Positions 1 to 9,433 of a DNA stretch of 64,000 bases are shown piece after piece (position 1 is the first letter of the stretch; the number at the start of each line of letters is the position of its first letter). Position numbers and translations under genes: made by a program. The stretch comes from Clostridiales bacterium (lineage in GTDB: Bacteria; Bacillota; Clostridia; Oscillospirales; Acutalibacteraceae). The stretch lies in NCBI GenBank assembly GCA_019416455.1, contig DXXG01000025.1, forward strand, positions 11-64,010, given 5' to 3'. The notes below the pieces were generated by a model that made no database searches, was not told where the DNA came from, and saw only the letters and a program-made list of their open reading frames with translations.

Positions 1-19
1 GTACAATCTTTTCAGGCAT
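1..19 (-). CDS. 5' end (6 codons, MPEKIV...) of an unidentified gene that leaves the window
   Basis: ATG at 19-17 (minus strand) with AAAGGAG about 10 nt upstream and two GGTAGAAT -10-like boxes further upstream. Too short to identify. Confidence 0.3.
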
Positions 20-193
20 GGTTTGCTATCTCCTTTCGAATGTTTGTGTCGCAACTTCATTCTACCAGAGATCTGCAAACCATGTCTCTTTTTATTTACT
101 TTTCAATTTGCGAAACTTATTCTACCTTATCAGAAAAAACGCAGGTTTTATGCGGGTTTCAGGTACATCCCACAAATTCAGCGCCCATTTGCG

Positions 194-240
194 AAAACCG
201 TGGAAGCCCTTGGTACGCCTGGGCTTCCACGGCTTTTCCG
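194..240. terminator. bidirectional rho-independent-type hairpin
   Basis: 12-bp stem CCGTGGAAGCCC/GGGCTTCCACGG (198-209 / 221-232), flanked by an A-run on the left and a T-rich run on the right. Confidence 0.6.
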
Positions 241-241
241 G

Positions 242-272
242 TTTTGAGAAAATAGTAGTCAAACAGTAGTCA
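242..272 (+). repeat. left copy of a 31-nt direct repeat (TTTTGAGAAAATAGTAGTCAAACAGTAGTCA)
   Basis: Matches 20399-20428 with a single 1-nt indel. Contains a tandem AGTAGTCA(A) submotif. Confidence 0.9.
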
Positions 273-514
273 GAGGGCGGACAAAAAGAAAAAAGCAACC
301 AACACAGACCCTTATTTGATCAGTGGTTCACATATCACTCTTCTGCACCAGCGAAATCCTCTGTGTTCGAAAAATTCTTCTCAATACACTTCCGCATTAA
401 AGCAATCGGCATTTCTTGGGGACTGGTATTACAGCGTCGCTAATGTAAACGAAGCCTTTTCAGGCTTCGAACGTATCCAAGGAGGCTTAGTGTTTATTGT
501 AAAAGGCAATATTT

Positions 515-1558
515 TTAGGAAGATAAGGGGTTATTCATCATTGTTTTTAACTCTGCAGTCCCTTGAAGAGAAATGACATCACTGATAAGAAGATATGTGT
601 GTATAATGTATCGGCTTGCTTCTTCTTTGGATACTGTATCATGTGTTCCTTTACATACGGCGTCATTAATTGCGTCAAGTCGCATGCCAATACTACTTAA
701 ATCCGAACCAACCACATCTTTATATGTTTTGCTTCCTTCTTTACTTGAAATAAATTGAATAAGCCGATTTATATATTGGTCTGGCCCGACTTTTATCTTT
801 TTCCCATTAATAACTATCGGTTCGTCCTGGGGAGGGTATAAGGCATCAGCGACATCAACTAGAATACGTCTACAGGAGTGAACTGCGTTTGCCCAGTCCT
901 CCGGATTTTCAGAGTCCATATTACTGTATACTGACACGAATTTTTCAAGTGAATTGGGACAAATTTTAGAAAGCACATCATTTACACTCATGCGTGCTGA
1001 TGTAAACGTATCTTCTATAATGTTTCCGTACATAAGCTTATTATATATTTGTAAGACATACTGATATAGACTTCCTGTAATTTTTTGAAGCCATCGTTGG
1101 TAACTTGCAATATCCTGTACAATGTTATTTCGTTCTCGTACATTTCCTTGTCCTGGCGTGATAAATTGATTAGGATTGGCTGACGATAACGAAATATAGG
1201 GATCAGCCGCAGCAGAAAGTCGAAGTTTTTCAGCCGCAATCATTTCCTCGATCTCAGCAATTAATAGGACGTTAGAATACTCTTTCCTCTCTGATCCTGA
1301 TTTTGTTTTTATATTTTTAAAGTATCTTCTCCCTGCAAGATTTGAAATTCTCCATGCATCAGCTGTCATACCAGTCGTATCAGAGGGATATCCCGAAGAC
1401 TCATAGGTAAACAGTAAAATACCATCTTCATCGCCTAAGAGCCTACAAAGTCGAAGACATTTGAGAATAATTTTACTTACTGGTAACTCTGATAATTCAA
1501 AATTCTTAAGTATTTCTGCTGATAATTCGGTGCATTCTTTTATTCTCTGGCTATTCAT
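515..1558 (-). CDS. hypothetical protein with an AbiTii-like N-terminus (possible abortive-infection protein)
   Basis: 347-aa ORF in an AT-rich segment. The N-terminal pattern ...KCLRLCRLLGDEDG...YESSGYP resembles AbiTii-domain proteins, recalled from memory only. Confidence 0.8.
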   Translation of the reverse strand: MNSQRIKECTELSAEILKNFELSELPVSKIILKCLRLCRLLGDEDGILLFTYESSGYPSDTTGMTADAWRISNLAGRRYFKNIKTKSGSERKEYSNVLLIAEIEEMIAAEKLRLSAAADPYISLSSANPNQFITPGQGNVRERNNIVQDIASYQRWLQKITGSLYQYVLQIYNKLMYGNIIEDTFTSARMSVNDVLSKICPNSLEKFVSVYSNMDSENPEDWANAVHSCRRILVDVADALYPPQDEPIVINGKKIKVGPDQYINRLIQFISSKEGSKTYKDVVGSDLSSIGMRLDAINDAVCKGTHDTVSKEEASRYIIHTYLLISDVISLQGTAELKTMMNNPLSS

Positions 1559-1735
1559 TATTTATACCCCATTAATTTATACGCCCGATGTCCATTTTCC
1601 TGGCATTTGCACAACTTTTCCTTTTCAACAAAACTGGAGAGAATTTAATTCGCTGTCACCGCCGACACCTCACACTGCTCTCGCACATCGGGATTTATGA
1701 TTTAGTCGTCGGTTTTGAGATTCCTCAAGTTTCTC

Positions 1736-2040
1736 CTAGCGGAGTGCTGCCTTCTCCATCTTTCCATCGCTCATTTCATCACTCATATTGATGGCTTCTA
1801 TGAGCGATACCTTGATGGATGACAACATGAACTCAATAAATATCGTGGACTCTCCGGCAGCATTAGGGGCGCTGATGGCATCATAATACTCCTGCTGATG
1901 TCATGGATGATGGACTCTATAGGGAGCCAGGCAAATGCCGGATTCCATTTAGGCAGTAGCAGCGTATGCCACAAGCGGCCCACACGGTTATTCCCCTCAG
2001 CAAAGGCAGGGATCAGTTCCAGTTCACAAAATTCTGTGTT
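1736..2040 (-). pseudogene. Fic/DOC family gene remnant (5'-truncated and frameshifted)
   Basis: Minus-strand translation gives ...IPAFAEGNNRVGRLWHTLLLPKWNPAFAWLPIESIIH (a degenerate HPFxxGNGR core). After a frame change near 1905 it continues QQEYYDAISAPNAAGESTIFIEFML. An in-frame stop lies at 2041-2043. Confidence 0.7.
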
Positions 2041-2092
2041 CTATTCTGTGTTCTTGCGTTACTGAATCGGGATAGTATTTTGAACCAAATAG

Positions 2093-2716
2093 TTACTTGA
2101 CGAGTAGTTCAACAAGCTCTGCCACATCGGTACGAGGGTTGCAATCCGCAGAGGGCCAGTTAAAAGCTTTGTACTGTCTCTCTTTCGTCTTGCATCTCTC
2201 AATGGCTTCCTGCGTGTGATCTTTCAGTTTCCGATAGCAGTCTCTGCCCTTGTCATAATCGGGAATCTGACATTTCAAATCCTCCAACACCTGGCCAGAC
2301 CCCGAGTATGTTCCACGCAACTCATGAAAGTGAGCCACAAACCAAACCTCAAAGCAGGGGTTGGAAGCAACGGCTTTATAATGCTTATATTCCTCCTGGC
2401 TCAACAAATCCCGCAGCTGCTTGGCTCGCTCTTGGCTGCAATCTAAATCTAAGATCACACCTGCAATATCCTCTGTGTCTGAAAGATCCTCTTCGACACA
2501 CTCCCGCTTCAAAGCATCTAACATTCCCTGGGGACTGGTTTCCCCTCTGGAAACCACCTTTACCGCATATTTGCTCTCAGACGTGCTGAAGTGCTGAAAA
2601 TAATTTTTCTCCGTCTTGTTTTGCCCCTCCGCGACAAGAAGAACCACTGGTTTTCTCTTGCGCCGGACTTTGCCTCGCTGTTTGTCCTGAAACCGCCGCT
2701 CGCTTCCTTTGGCCAT
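2093..2716 (-). CDS. RloB-like / AbiLii-like protein
   Basis: Has the NPCFEVWFVAHF motif typical of the RloB family. Start chosen at MAKGSERR, behind AAGGAGGG, one nt after the upstream gene's stop. Confidence 0.85.
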   Translation of the reverse strand: MAKGSERRFQDKQRGKVRRKRKPVVLLVAEGQNKTEKNYFQHFSTSESKYAVKVVSRGETSPQGMLDALKRECVEEDLSDTEDIAGVILDLDCSQERAKQLRDLLSQEEYKHYKAVASNPCFEVWFVAHFHELRGTYSGSGQVLEDLKCQIPDYDKGRDCYRKLKDHTQEAIERCKTKERQYKAFNWPSADCNPRTDVAELVELLVK

Positions 2717-2717
2717 C

Positions 2718-3977
2718 TCAGATCCCTCCTTCCGGATGCAGGTAGGGAATGGCTCCATAGCGACCCAACAAGTATCCCTTCTCGATGTTCTCATTCTTTC
2801 TTACAGAGAATTCATCCAGAGAATAGAGCTCCGTGGCTGCGGTGTGAGGATCTTTCTCTACAAAGTAGATCTGATCCCGCCGGAATGTTTCCAGGGACAA
2901 GAGCGTGGTATCATGCGTGGTAAAAATCAACTGAGCGTTGGTCTGATTTAGGTCGGGATTATGGAACAGCTCCACTAAGAACTTCACCAAAAAAGGATGG
3001 AGGCTTCGGTCCAGTTCATCGATCACCATGGTTTTTCCTTTTCCAAAGACCTCTTTCAAAATGGGAGAAAGCCAAAAAAGCTGCTTGGTACCCAGGGATT
3101 CCTCATTGAGATCCAGGAAGAATTGTGCCTCCTCACCACTTTGGGACTGCACATGATGGCCCGCGTGAATATGAACCGCTTTTACTTGGCCCTGTGGTAC
3201 AGGATTTCCCGCTTGGTCTGTAAAGACAATCTCTTTTGTCTGGTTACCTAAAGGGGTGATATCTACTTGGATATCGTCAATGTTGATATCTGCTTGCCGA
3301 AGCAGGGAAAGAGTGAACTGTTTTAACTCTCCCTGCTCATCCTGCTCAAAAGCTTGCAGCGCAGTGGGCTGGATAGCTAACTCGGGATTGTAGACATCAA
3401 TAGCATTCGCCAACCACTGATACGCTGGAGCCGTTTTGGCATTTCCCCAGTTGGTGGCTGTGGCAAGGAAAAATTTATTGGATGTATTTTTCTCTTCATA
3501 CTCTGAAAATGTGCTTTTACTTGCCTGGTTAAAGTCAAAGTCGTCGCCGGTTCTTTCGAAAACACGGGAAGCACGAGCGCTGGTATAAAAATACAGGTAC
3601 TCCTCCTGCACACGATCGGAATCGGCTGTAAACCCATAGCGGTAGGGAATCCCATCGTTTGCCACAAAGAAAAACTCGAAGGAACAGGGGGCTTTCGCTG
3701 TCTCCTCGTCAAACTTAAAGGGCACCATTCCGGGAATCTTTTGGGTGATGTTTCGGGTGTCCGAGGTGCGCACAGCCATAATGGCCGCTACAAAGGCGCG
3801 GATCACCGCACTTTTTCCTGCGGCGTTTGCGCCGTAAATGGCCGCTGTCTTAATGGCTTCCCGGTTTCCCTCCTGAGCCAGATTTTCTGGATGAGAGCGG
3901 TCCGTGGAAGGAACCATGCTCAAGATTGCCTCGTCCTTGATAGACTGAAAGTTTTTCACTTTGAATTGCAGTAACAT
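2718..3977 (-). CDS. AAA_15/AAA_21-type ATPase (AbiLi/RloA-like partner of RloB)
   Basis: MLLQFKVKNFQSIKDE... with Walker A GANAAGKS and ...MVIDELDRSLHP. Start at 3977, behind GAGGGAG. Confidence 0.9.
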   Translation of the reverse strand: MLLQFKVKNFQSIKDEAILSMVPSTDRSHPENLAQEGNREAIKTAAIYGANAAGKSAVIRAFVAAIMAVRTSDTRNITQKIPGMVPFKFDEETAKAPCSFEFFFVANDGIPYRYGFTADSDRVQEEYLYFYTSARASRVFERTGDDFDFNQASKSTFSEYEEKNTSNKFFLATATNWGNAKTAPAYQWLANAIDVYNPELAIQPTALQAFEQDEQGELKQFTLSLLRQADINIDDIQVDITPLGNQTKEIVFTDQAGNPVPQGQVKAVHIHAGHHVQSQSGEEAQFFLDLNEESLGTKQLFWLSPILKEVFGKGKTMVIDELDRSLHPFLVKFLVELFHNPDLNQTNAQLIFTTHDTTLLSLETFRRDQIYFVEKDPHTAATELYSLDEFSVRKNENIEKGYLLGRYGAIPYLHPEGGI

Positions 3978-4131
3978 GGGTATCTCACTCCCTCTCATAT
4001 ATAGGATACTCTTAAAAACGCAAATATGCAATATTAAACCGTACTTTTTGAAAAATATTTGCAAAAAATCAATTTAAAAATTTGAATCAAGAGAAATTGT
4101 TCGCTTGTAGCGTTGTGGATTTGTCAACAGC

Positions 4132-4183
4132 TTGCCAACTATCAAGCCACGTTTGCCAACTAGTTGCCAACTTGAGTTGGCAA
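4132..4183. repeat. cluster of TTGCCAACT 9-mers (three direct copies and one inverted)
   Basis: Copies at 4132-4140, 4153-4161 and 4164-4172, with an inverted copy AGTTGGCAA at 4175-4183. The last two form a perfect palindrome. Confidence 0.85.
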
Positions 4184-4822
4184 ACTGATGGACACTCTCC
4201 CTCCAGTTTTCCCTACTCCTTCAGAGCAGAGATTTTTCTTTTTCTGTCTAATTCTAGCCATCTTCCTTTATGCGGGGAGATTCCTCATCACTGAGCACGG
4301 ATTGACACCGTCAAAATCACTGAAAGACGATGGCTTTCTCTCCATCCATTTGTGAGGCGACAATTTAACTTTGAGGCTCCTTTTTTCTTCAAAAACCGCA
4401 AAATAGAAGCAGACTATTTTGATCACACCCCCACATATGGGGGTACCCCCCTGTCATGGTGACAGGGGCCCCCCTTGTTTTCTTTTGGACTTCTCTCTAC
4501 AATGAGGAACACAATTTGAGGCAGGGATGTGTTTCCTGTCCGACAAACTTGCGAGGTGTTGGAAATGATTTCTCAATAACAGGTTCCGGTTATATGGATA
4601 CTGCTCCCACCTTTTCAAAAAAGAGGTGGGTATTTTTGTATCCCCAGCAAACGCGAAAAGGCACAGAGAAGAAGCAATCTCCTCTACGCTTATAGGCAGA
4701 AAAAAGCAGCTGATCCTCCCTTCCTCCCACAGCCCGGCAGCTTTGCCTGAAACCATCCAATCTGTGTCGTTTCGCAATATGAATACTACTCCCACCTTTT
4801 TATCGGGAGTCACGAAAGGAGT

Positions 4823-5827
4823 GTGAAAACTTTGCCGAAAAATCAACCTGAACTGAAGCTCATCTCCCTGGAGGACGTGGCGGTGGAGCCGGTGCGCTGG
4901 CTCTGGTATCCCTACATTCCTCTGGGGAAACTCTCCATCCTCCACGGCGATCCGGGGGAAGGCAAGACCACCCTGGCCCTGTGGATCGCGGCAGCCTGCA
5001 GCCGGGGACTGGCCCTCCCCGGCGGGGAAACTGGGGAACCCCTCACCGTCCTGTACCAAACTGCCGAGGATGGTTTAGGGGACACCATCAAGCCACGGCT
5101 GCTGGAATCCCAGGCGGACTTGCACCACATCTACACCATCGACGAAACGGATTTCCCTCTCTCCATGCTTGACGAACGCATCGGGGAGGCCATTGAGAAA
5201 ACCCATGCCCAACTGATGATCCTGGACCCCATGCAGGCGTACCTGGGGGAGAAGGTGGACATGAACCGGGCCAACGAAGTGCGCACCGTAATGAAGGGAC
5301 TGACCAAAGTGGCAAACCAAACCGGCTGCTCCATCGTCCTGGTAGGCCACCTGAACAAATCCCAAAGCGCCAACAGTGCCCAGCGAGGCCTGGGCTCCAT
5401 GGACTTCCGCGCAGCGGCCCGGAGTGTTCTGCTGGTGGGCCGGGTCAAAAACGACCGGGACATCCGGGTGATGGTTCACGACAAATCCTCCCTGGCGGAG
5501 GAGGGACCCTCCCGAGCTTTCTCTCTGCAGAACGGCACCCTCCACTGGCAGAAGGGATACGAAACCCTCACAGCGGACCAGCTGCTCAGCGGAAGAAGCC
5601 AGGACTCCAAACTCACCTTGGCGGAGGAGCTGATCCTGGACACCCTGGACAGGCGTCCCGCCGTTCCCGCCAAGGAAATGTTCTCCCTGGCACAGCAGGC
5701 AGGCATCTCCGCCCGGACTCTCAAGTCCGCCAAGGGAAACCTGCGGGACTATGTGCAGTCGGTGCGGGTAGCCAACGACTGGCTGTGGCGCAGGACGGAC
5801 GGAAGCGTGCAAGGGGGTAATCTGTGA
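4823..5827 (+). CDS. AAA_25 / RepA-like (RecA-fold) ATPase of an integrative element
   Basis: VRWLWYPYIPLGKLSILHGDPGEGKTT and ...IVLVGHLNKS. The GTG at 4823 sits only 1 nt after GGAG, so the TTG at 4832 is an alternative start. Confidence 0.9.
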   Translation: MKTLPKNQPELKLISLEDVAVEPVRWLWYPYIPLGKLSILHGDPGEGKTTLALWIAAACSRGLALPGGETGEPLTVLYQTAEDGLGDTIKPRLLESQADLHHIYTIDETDFPLSMLDERIGEAIEKTHAQLMILDPMQAYLGEKVDMNRANEVRTVMKGLTKVANQTGCSIVLVGHLNKSQSANSAQRGLGSMDFRAAARSVLLVGRVKNDRDIRVMVHDKSSLAEEGPSRAFSLQNGTLHWQKGYETLTADQLLSGRSQDSKLTLAEELILDTLDRRPAVPAKEMFSLAQQAGISARTLKSAKGNLRDYVQSVRVANDWLWRRTDGSVQGGNL

Positions 5828-5989
5828 TGGGGGCTTCTTGCTTATCTTGTGTCCACGGGCTTAAAATCGTCTGCATCTTGTGTGATTTCCCAAGAGTGTT
5901 CCATGGTTCTTTGCCTTCTTGCACCCTTTGGGAAGGATCAAAAGGACGCACAGCAACCGCTCCACCTGGGGAAGCCAGGAAAGGTCACA

Positions 5990-6375
5990 CCAGCCAAAAA
6001 TCCGCCCTGTGCGGCCCGTTGTGGCCGGTTTGGACCCCAGGTGGGGGAACGACCCGTCCCCGCCCGTTCCGGGGCGATTTGGGCCCCACAGGGTCCAGTT
6101 TGGCAGAAAGCAAAGAAACCGCCCACCACCCCGGGTTTGGGGAGAATTTGGGGGTGTGAAAAAAGAGCAGGTGAAAGGCTCGGGGTCGCTGGAGCGTCCC
6201 CAGCCGGATCACCTCGCCCGGCAGAGCCGGTCGTTGCGGGCTTTTTGCCCTCTTCCACCACCAAAAAAATCCGGGGTCGGTTGGGAGGCCTTGGGGTCAC
6301 GATCGGGGTCAGAAACAGGAAATTTCCCGGTGGCAAGCCATTTTTCCGGGTGTCACCGCCGGGGTCAACGAAAGG
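5990..6375. other. GC-rich ORF-free block with iterated short motifs (candidate origin/iteron region)
   Basis: GGGGTC occurs five times (about 6181, 6273, 6293, 6304, 6361). TTTGGRCCCCA occurs twice (about 6029 and 6077), with further TTTGG repeats nearby. ORFs here are Pro/Gly/Arg-rich and occur in several frames. Confidence 0.45.
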
Positions 6376-6387
6376 ATGAAGGAAACT

Positions 6388-6798
6388 ATGGCAGAAAAAG
6401 ATTTAAAACGTAAATTCGCCCTGTGGATTCGCCCTTCTCTTCTGGAGGAGGTGGATTCTCTCTACAAAAGCGACAACTGCGCCAGCCGCAGCGAGTTCAT
6501 GGAAAAGGCCCTGCGGTTCTACATGGGATACCTTTCTAGCCAAGCAAACCAGGACTACCTGGCCGATGTCATTCCCTCCACGGTGAAGGGAATCGTGGAT
6601 GAAAGTTCCAACCGCATGGGCCGTCTGCTGTTCAAGCTGGCAGTGGAGCAGGCTGTGATATCCAACATTCTCGCCGCAGTCTGCGAGGTAGACCAGCAGG
6701 AGTTGGAACGCTTGCGCAACCAATGCATTCAGCAGATCCGCAAGACCAATGGCATGATTTCTTTCGACGAGGCCTTGAAATGGCAGAAAGATAACTGA
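6388..6798 (+). CDS. ribbon-helix-helix (CopG-like) domain protein
   Basis: KRKFALWIRPSLLEEVDSLYKSDNCASRSEFMEKALRFY is a typical RHH N-terminus. ATG at 6388 preferred over 6376 on ribosome-binding-site (RBS) spacing. Confidence 0.8.
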   Translation: MAEKDLKRKFALWIRPSLLEEVDSLYKSDNCASRSEFMEKALRFYMGYLSSQANQDYLADVIPSTVKGIVDESSNRMGRLLFKLAVEQAVISNILAAVCEVDQQELERLRNQCIQQIRKTNGMISFDEALKWQKDN

Positions 6799-6922
6799 GA
6801 GATGGAGGGGAGGTGACAGACGTCCCCTCCCCAAGTTTCTCTTGGCAAATGGAGGCAATCATCGTTTTGCTCTCGCAAAACCGCAAAACATCGCGCTAAA
6901 GATTGAAGAAAGGAGAACCTAT

Positions 6923-8083
6923 TTGGCCAGCATCAAGAAACTATCAGACCGAAAATTCAAGATCACCATTAGCAACGGCTACCGCCCTAACGGGAAGAAA
7001 ATCTGCAAAGCCAAGACCATCACCGTGCCGGATTCGGTGAAGCCCCGGGGCATCTCTCAGTACGTTGCCCACGAAGCGGAAGAGCTGGAACGCCTGGTGA
7101 AGTCCGGCTACTCCGAGGACCGGGACACCCTCTTTGAAACATACGCTACCCGATGGCTGGACCGTCAGGTGAAATACGCTCCCGGCACCCTGGCCAGTTA
7201 CCGGCGGATGCTGGAGGTGGTCTACCCTTACATTGGCTCTATCAAGCTGGGAGAGCTGCGGCCCATGGCCCTGGAAAACATGATGATAGAGTTACGAAAG
7301 AGAACCAGCCATGGCAAGCCCATCCAGGAGGCCACCGTGCAAAAGTACCTGACCGTGGTGTCCGCTGTGCTCAGCGACGCCAAGCGCAACGAGATTATTT
7401 CTAAGAACCCCGCCCGGATGATCGACTTGCCGGAAACAAAACACCGGCATCAGTTCATCCCCACGGACCAGCAGGCACAGGACTTGATTCTGGCCCTGCT
7501 GGATGAGCCCTACCACTATAAGCTGTTCTATGTGCTGGCCATGTACACTGGCTGCCGCCGGGGTGAGTTGTGCGCCTTGCAGTGGAAAGACTTTGTGATC
7601 GTGGAGAAGTACCGCTCTGTGCTCACGGTTTCCCGTTCCCGTACTGTGGTGGCTGGTCAAGGTGTGGTGGAAGGACCTACTAAGAATGGCCGCTCTCGTA
7701 CAATTGCTCTGTCCGAGGACATGACCTCCTTGGTGCAGGGGTTCTGCTATTATCAACGGGAGATAGCGATGGAAAACGGACGGGAACTGAGCCCTTACCT
7801 GTTCGTCAACGAGAAGGGCCAGCTCATCCACCCGGACACGTTCACAAAACATTTGCGCCTGATCTTTGAGGAGAACGGCTTCCCGGACAACTTCCACCTC
7901 CACACCCTGCGGCACTATTTTGTCTCCGCCATGCTCCACGAGGGGGTGGATAAGCAGACTGTGGCCGAGATGGCGGGCCATGGGGACACCGCTTTCCTGG
8001 AGCGCACTTACTGCCATCCTCAGATGGCCTTGAAGGAACAGGCGGCGGAAAAGATGGATCAACTGCTCCTCCACAACCCGTAA
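6923..8083 (+). CDS. tyrosine recombinase/integrase (Tn916-like arm-binding N-terminus)
   Basis: (M)ASIKKLSDRKFKITISNGY... and C-terminal HTLRHYFVS...ERTYCH. TTG start at 6923 behind AAAGGAGA; the ORF is open from 6842. Confidence 0.9.
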   Translation: MASIKKLSDRKFKITISNGYRPNGKKICKAKTITVPDSVKPRGISQYVAHEAEELERLVKSGYSEDRDTLFETYATRWLDRQVKYAPGTLASYRRMLEVVYPYIGSIKLGELRPMALENMMIELRKRTSHGKPIQEATVQKYLTVVSAVLSDAKRNEIISKNPARMIDLPETKHRHQFIPTDQQAQDLILALLDEPYHYKLFYVLAMYTGCRRGELCALQWKDFVIVEKYRSVLTVSRSRTVVAGQGVVEGPTKNGRSRTIALSEDMTSLVQGFCYYQREIAMENGRELSPYLFVNEKGQLIHPDTFTKHLRLIFEENGFPDNFHLHTLRHYFVSAMLHEGVDKQTVAEMAGHGDTAFLERTYCHPQMALKEQAAEKMDQLLLHNP

Positions 8084-8236
8084 TTCTGGTACCTTGCTGG
8101 AGGTTGTGGACAGGCTTACCTACTCCTCTTGTCCAAAAAGTAGAACGTGAGAAAAGCGCTGGACTTTCCAGCCCACGTGGAGTAGTGTGTGGTTGCCTCC
8201 ACAGGGCAAATCACAACAGGAAAGAGGTTCTTCACG

Positions 8237-9415
8237 ATGGCAAGCATCCGCAAACGGGGAAACAGCTACCTACTAGTGGTGTCCATGGGTTACGACCCGG
8301 AAGGCCACCGCCGCAAGCCCCAGCAAAAAACCGTCCACCCGCCAGAGGGGTTAACACCAAAGGCCAAGGAAAAATGGCTGGAAGAGGAGGCCGCTCTCTT
8401 TGAGCGGCAGTGCAAAAACCAACCCTTAACCGTGGACAAATCCATCACCCTGGCGGAGTACACCACCTACTGGCTGGGACATATCGCCCCCGGCAAGCTG
8501 GCGAAATCCACATTGGCCCGGGACAAGCAGGACATTGACCGGTTCCTGCCGACCCTGGGCAGCTACAAACTTACCGAACTAAAGCCCGAACACTTCCGCA
8601 ATCTTTACGCGGCCTTGCGGAAACAAAAGAACTCTGTGACTGGAAAACCGCTCTCCGAGAGCACCGTGGAAGGAGTCCACGCTTGTCTGTGTGGAATCCT
8701 CAGCGATGCCATGGAGGGCGGTTTTTTGTCGCAGAATCCGGCCTGGCGCACCTACAAATACAGCGGCAAGAAGAAAAAGCAGCGCCATGTGGCCGACGAG
8801 GAAACCACACGGAAACTCATTGCCGCGCTGGAAGAGGAGAGCATCAAGTACGAAACTTATTTCAAACTCATCATCGCCACGGGGATGCGGAGGGGAGAAT
8901 GCTGCGGGCTGAAATGGAAGGACGTGGATTTCTCGGAGAAGTCCATTCACATCTGCCGCAACGTGGTGAAAGTCACAGGAGAGAACATCATTGTAAAAGA
9001 ACCCAAGACCGCTGCCGGGGACCGGTATGTGTACTTCTCCCTGGAGATGGCCAGCCTCTTGAAAGAGTACCGCTCCTTCTGTGAAGGGGAGCTGGAACTC
9101 CACGAGGGCAGAAAGCTGACCCCGGAGGACTACATCTTCCGCCGTCACGGAGAAAACCTGCCCATGACCCCCAGCACCTTTACCTGGCGGTTTAAATTGA
9201 TCTTGAAGAAGCATGGCCTGCCCTTGGATCTGAACGTTCACAGCCTGCGGCACACGGCGGCCAGCCTGATGATCTCCAGTGGGGCGGACGTGGCCACCGT
9301 GTCCGGGCTGCTGGGGCACTCTCAGGTGTCCACCACTCTGGATATCTACACCCATGCCTTCGATGAGAAGAAGCGAGAAGTCAGCGCCCAGATGCAGGGA
9401 CGGGTGGGGGTGTAA
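8237..9415 (+). CDS. second tyrosine recombinase/integrase
   Basis: MASIRKRGNSYLLVVSMGYD..., HSLRHTAASLM and LDIYTH. ATG at 8237, behind AGGAAAGAGG. Confidence 0.9.
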   Translation: MASIRKRGNSYLLVVSMGYDPEGHRRKPQQKTVHPPEGLTPKAKEKWLEEEAALFERQCKNQPLTVDKSITLAEYTTYWLGHIAPGKLAKSTLARDKQDIDRFLPTLGSYKLTELKPEHFRNLYAALRKQKNSVTGKPLSESTVEGVHACLCGILSDAMEGGFLSQNPAWRTYKYSGKKKKQRHVADEETTRKLIAALEEESIKYETYFKLIIATGMRRGECCGLKWKDVDFSEKSIHICRNVVKVTGENIIVKEPKTAAGDRYVYFSLEMASLLKEYRSFCEGELELHEGRKLTPEDYIFRRHGENLPMTPSTFTWRFKLILKKHGLPLDLNVHSLRHTAASLMISSGADVATVSGLLGHSQVSTTLDIYTHAFDEKKREVSAQMQGRVGV

Positions 9416-9433
9416 CCAGACGAAGCAGAAGAC

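Noticed and set aside
18-576. Several 70-86-aa plus-strand ORFs at the window start
   Set aside because: They overlap each other in three frames. They also cover a terminator hairpin, two TAGAAT promoters and the 31-nt repeat. There is no RBS and no protein-like composition, so the region is better read as non-coding.
4912-5812. Antisense or alternative-frame ORFs within the AAA_25 ATPase gene (for example 5075-5812(-), 245 aa)
   Set aside because: High-GC shadow ORFs. The plus-strand frame carries the Walker A motif and family motifs.
5849-6413. ORFs of 111-176 aa in three plus-strand frames and two minus-strand frames within the GC-rich block
   Set aside because: Open frames on all sides and Pro/Gly/Arg-rich low-complexity translations are typical of GC-rich non-coding DNA. 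No RBS is present.
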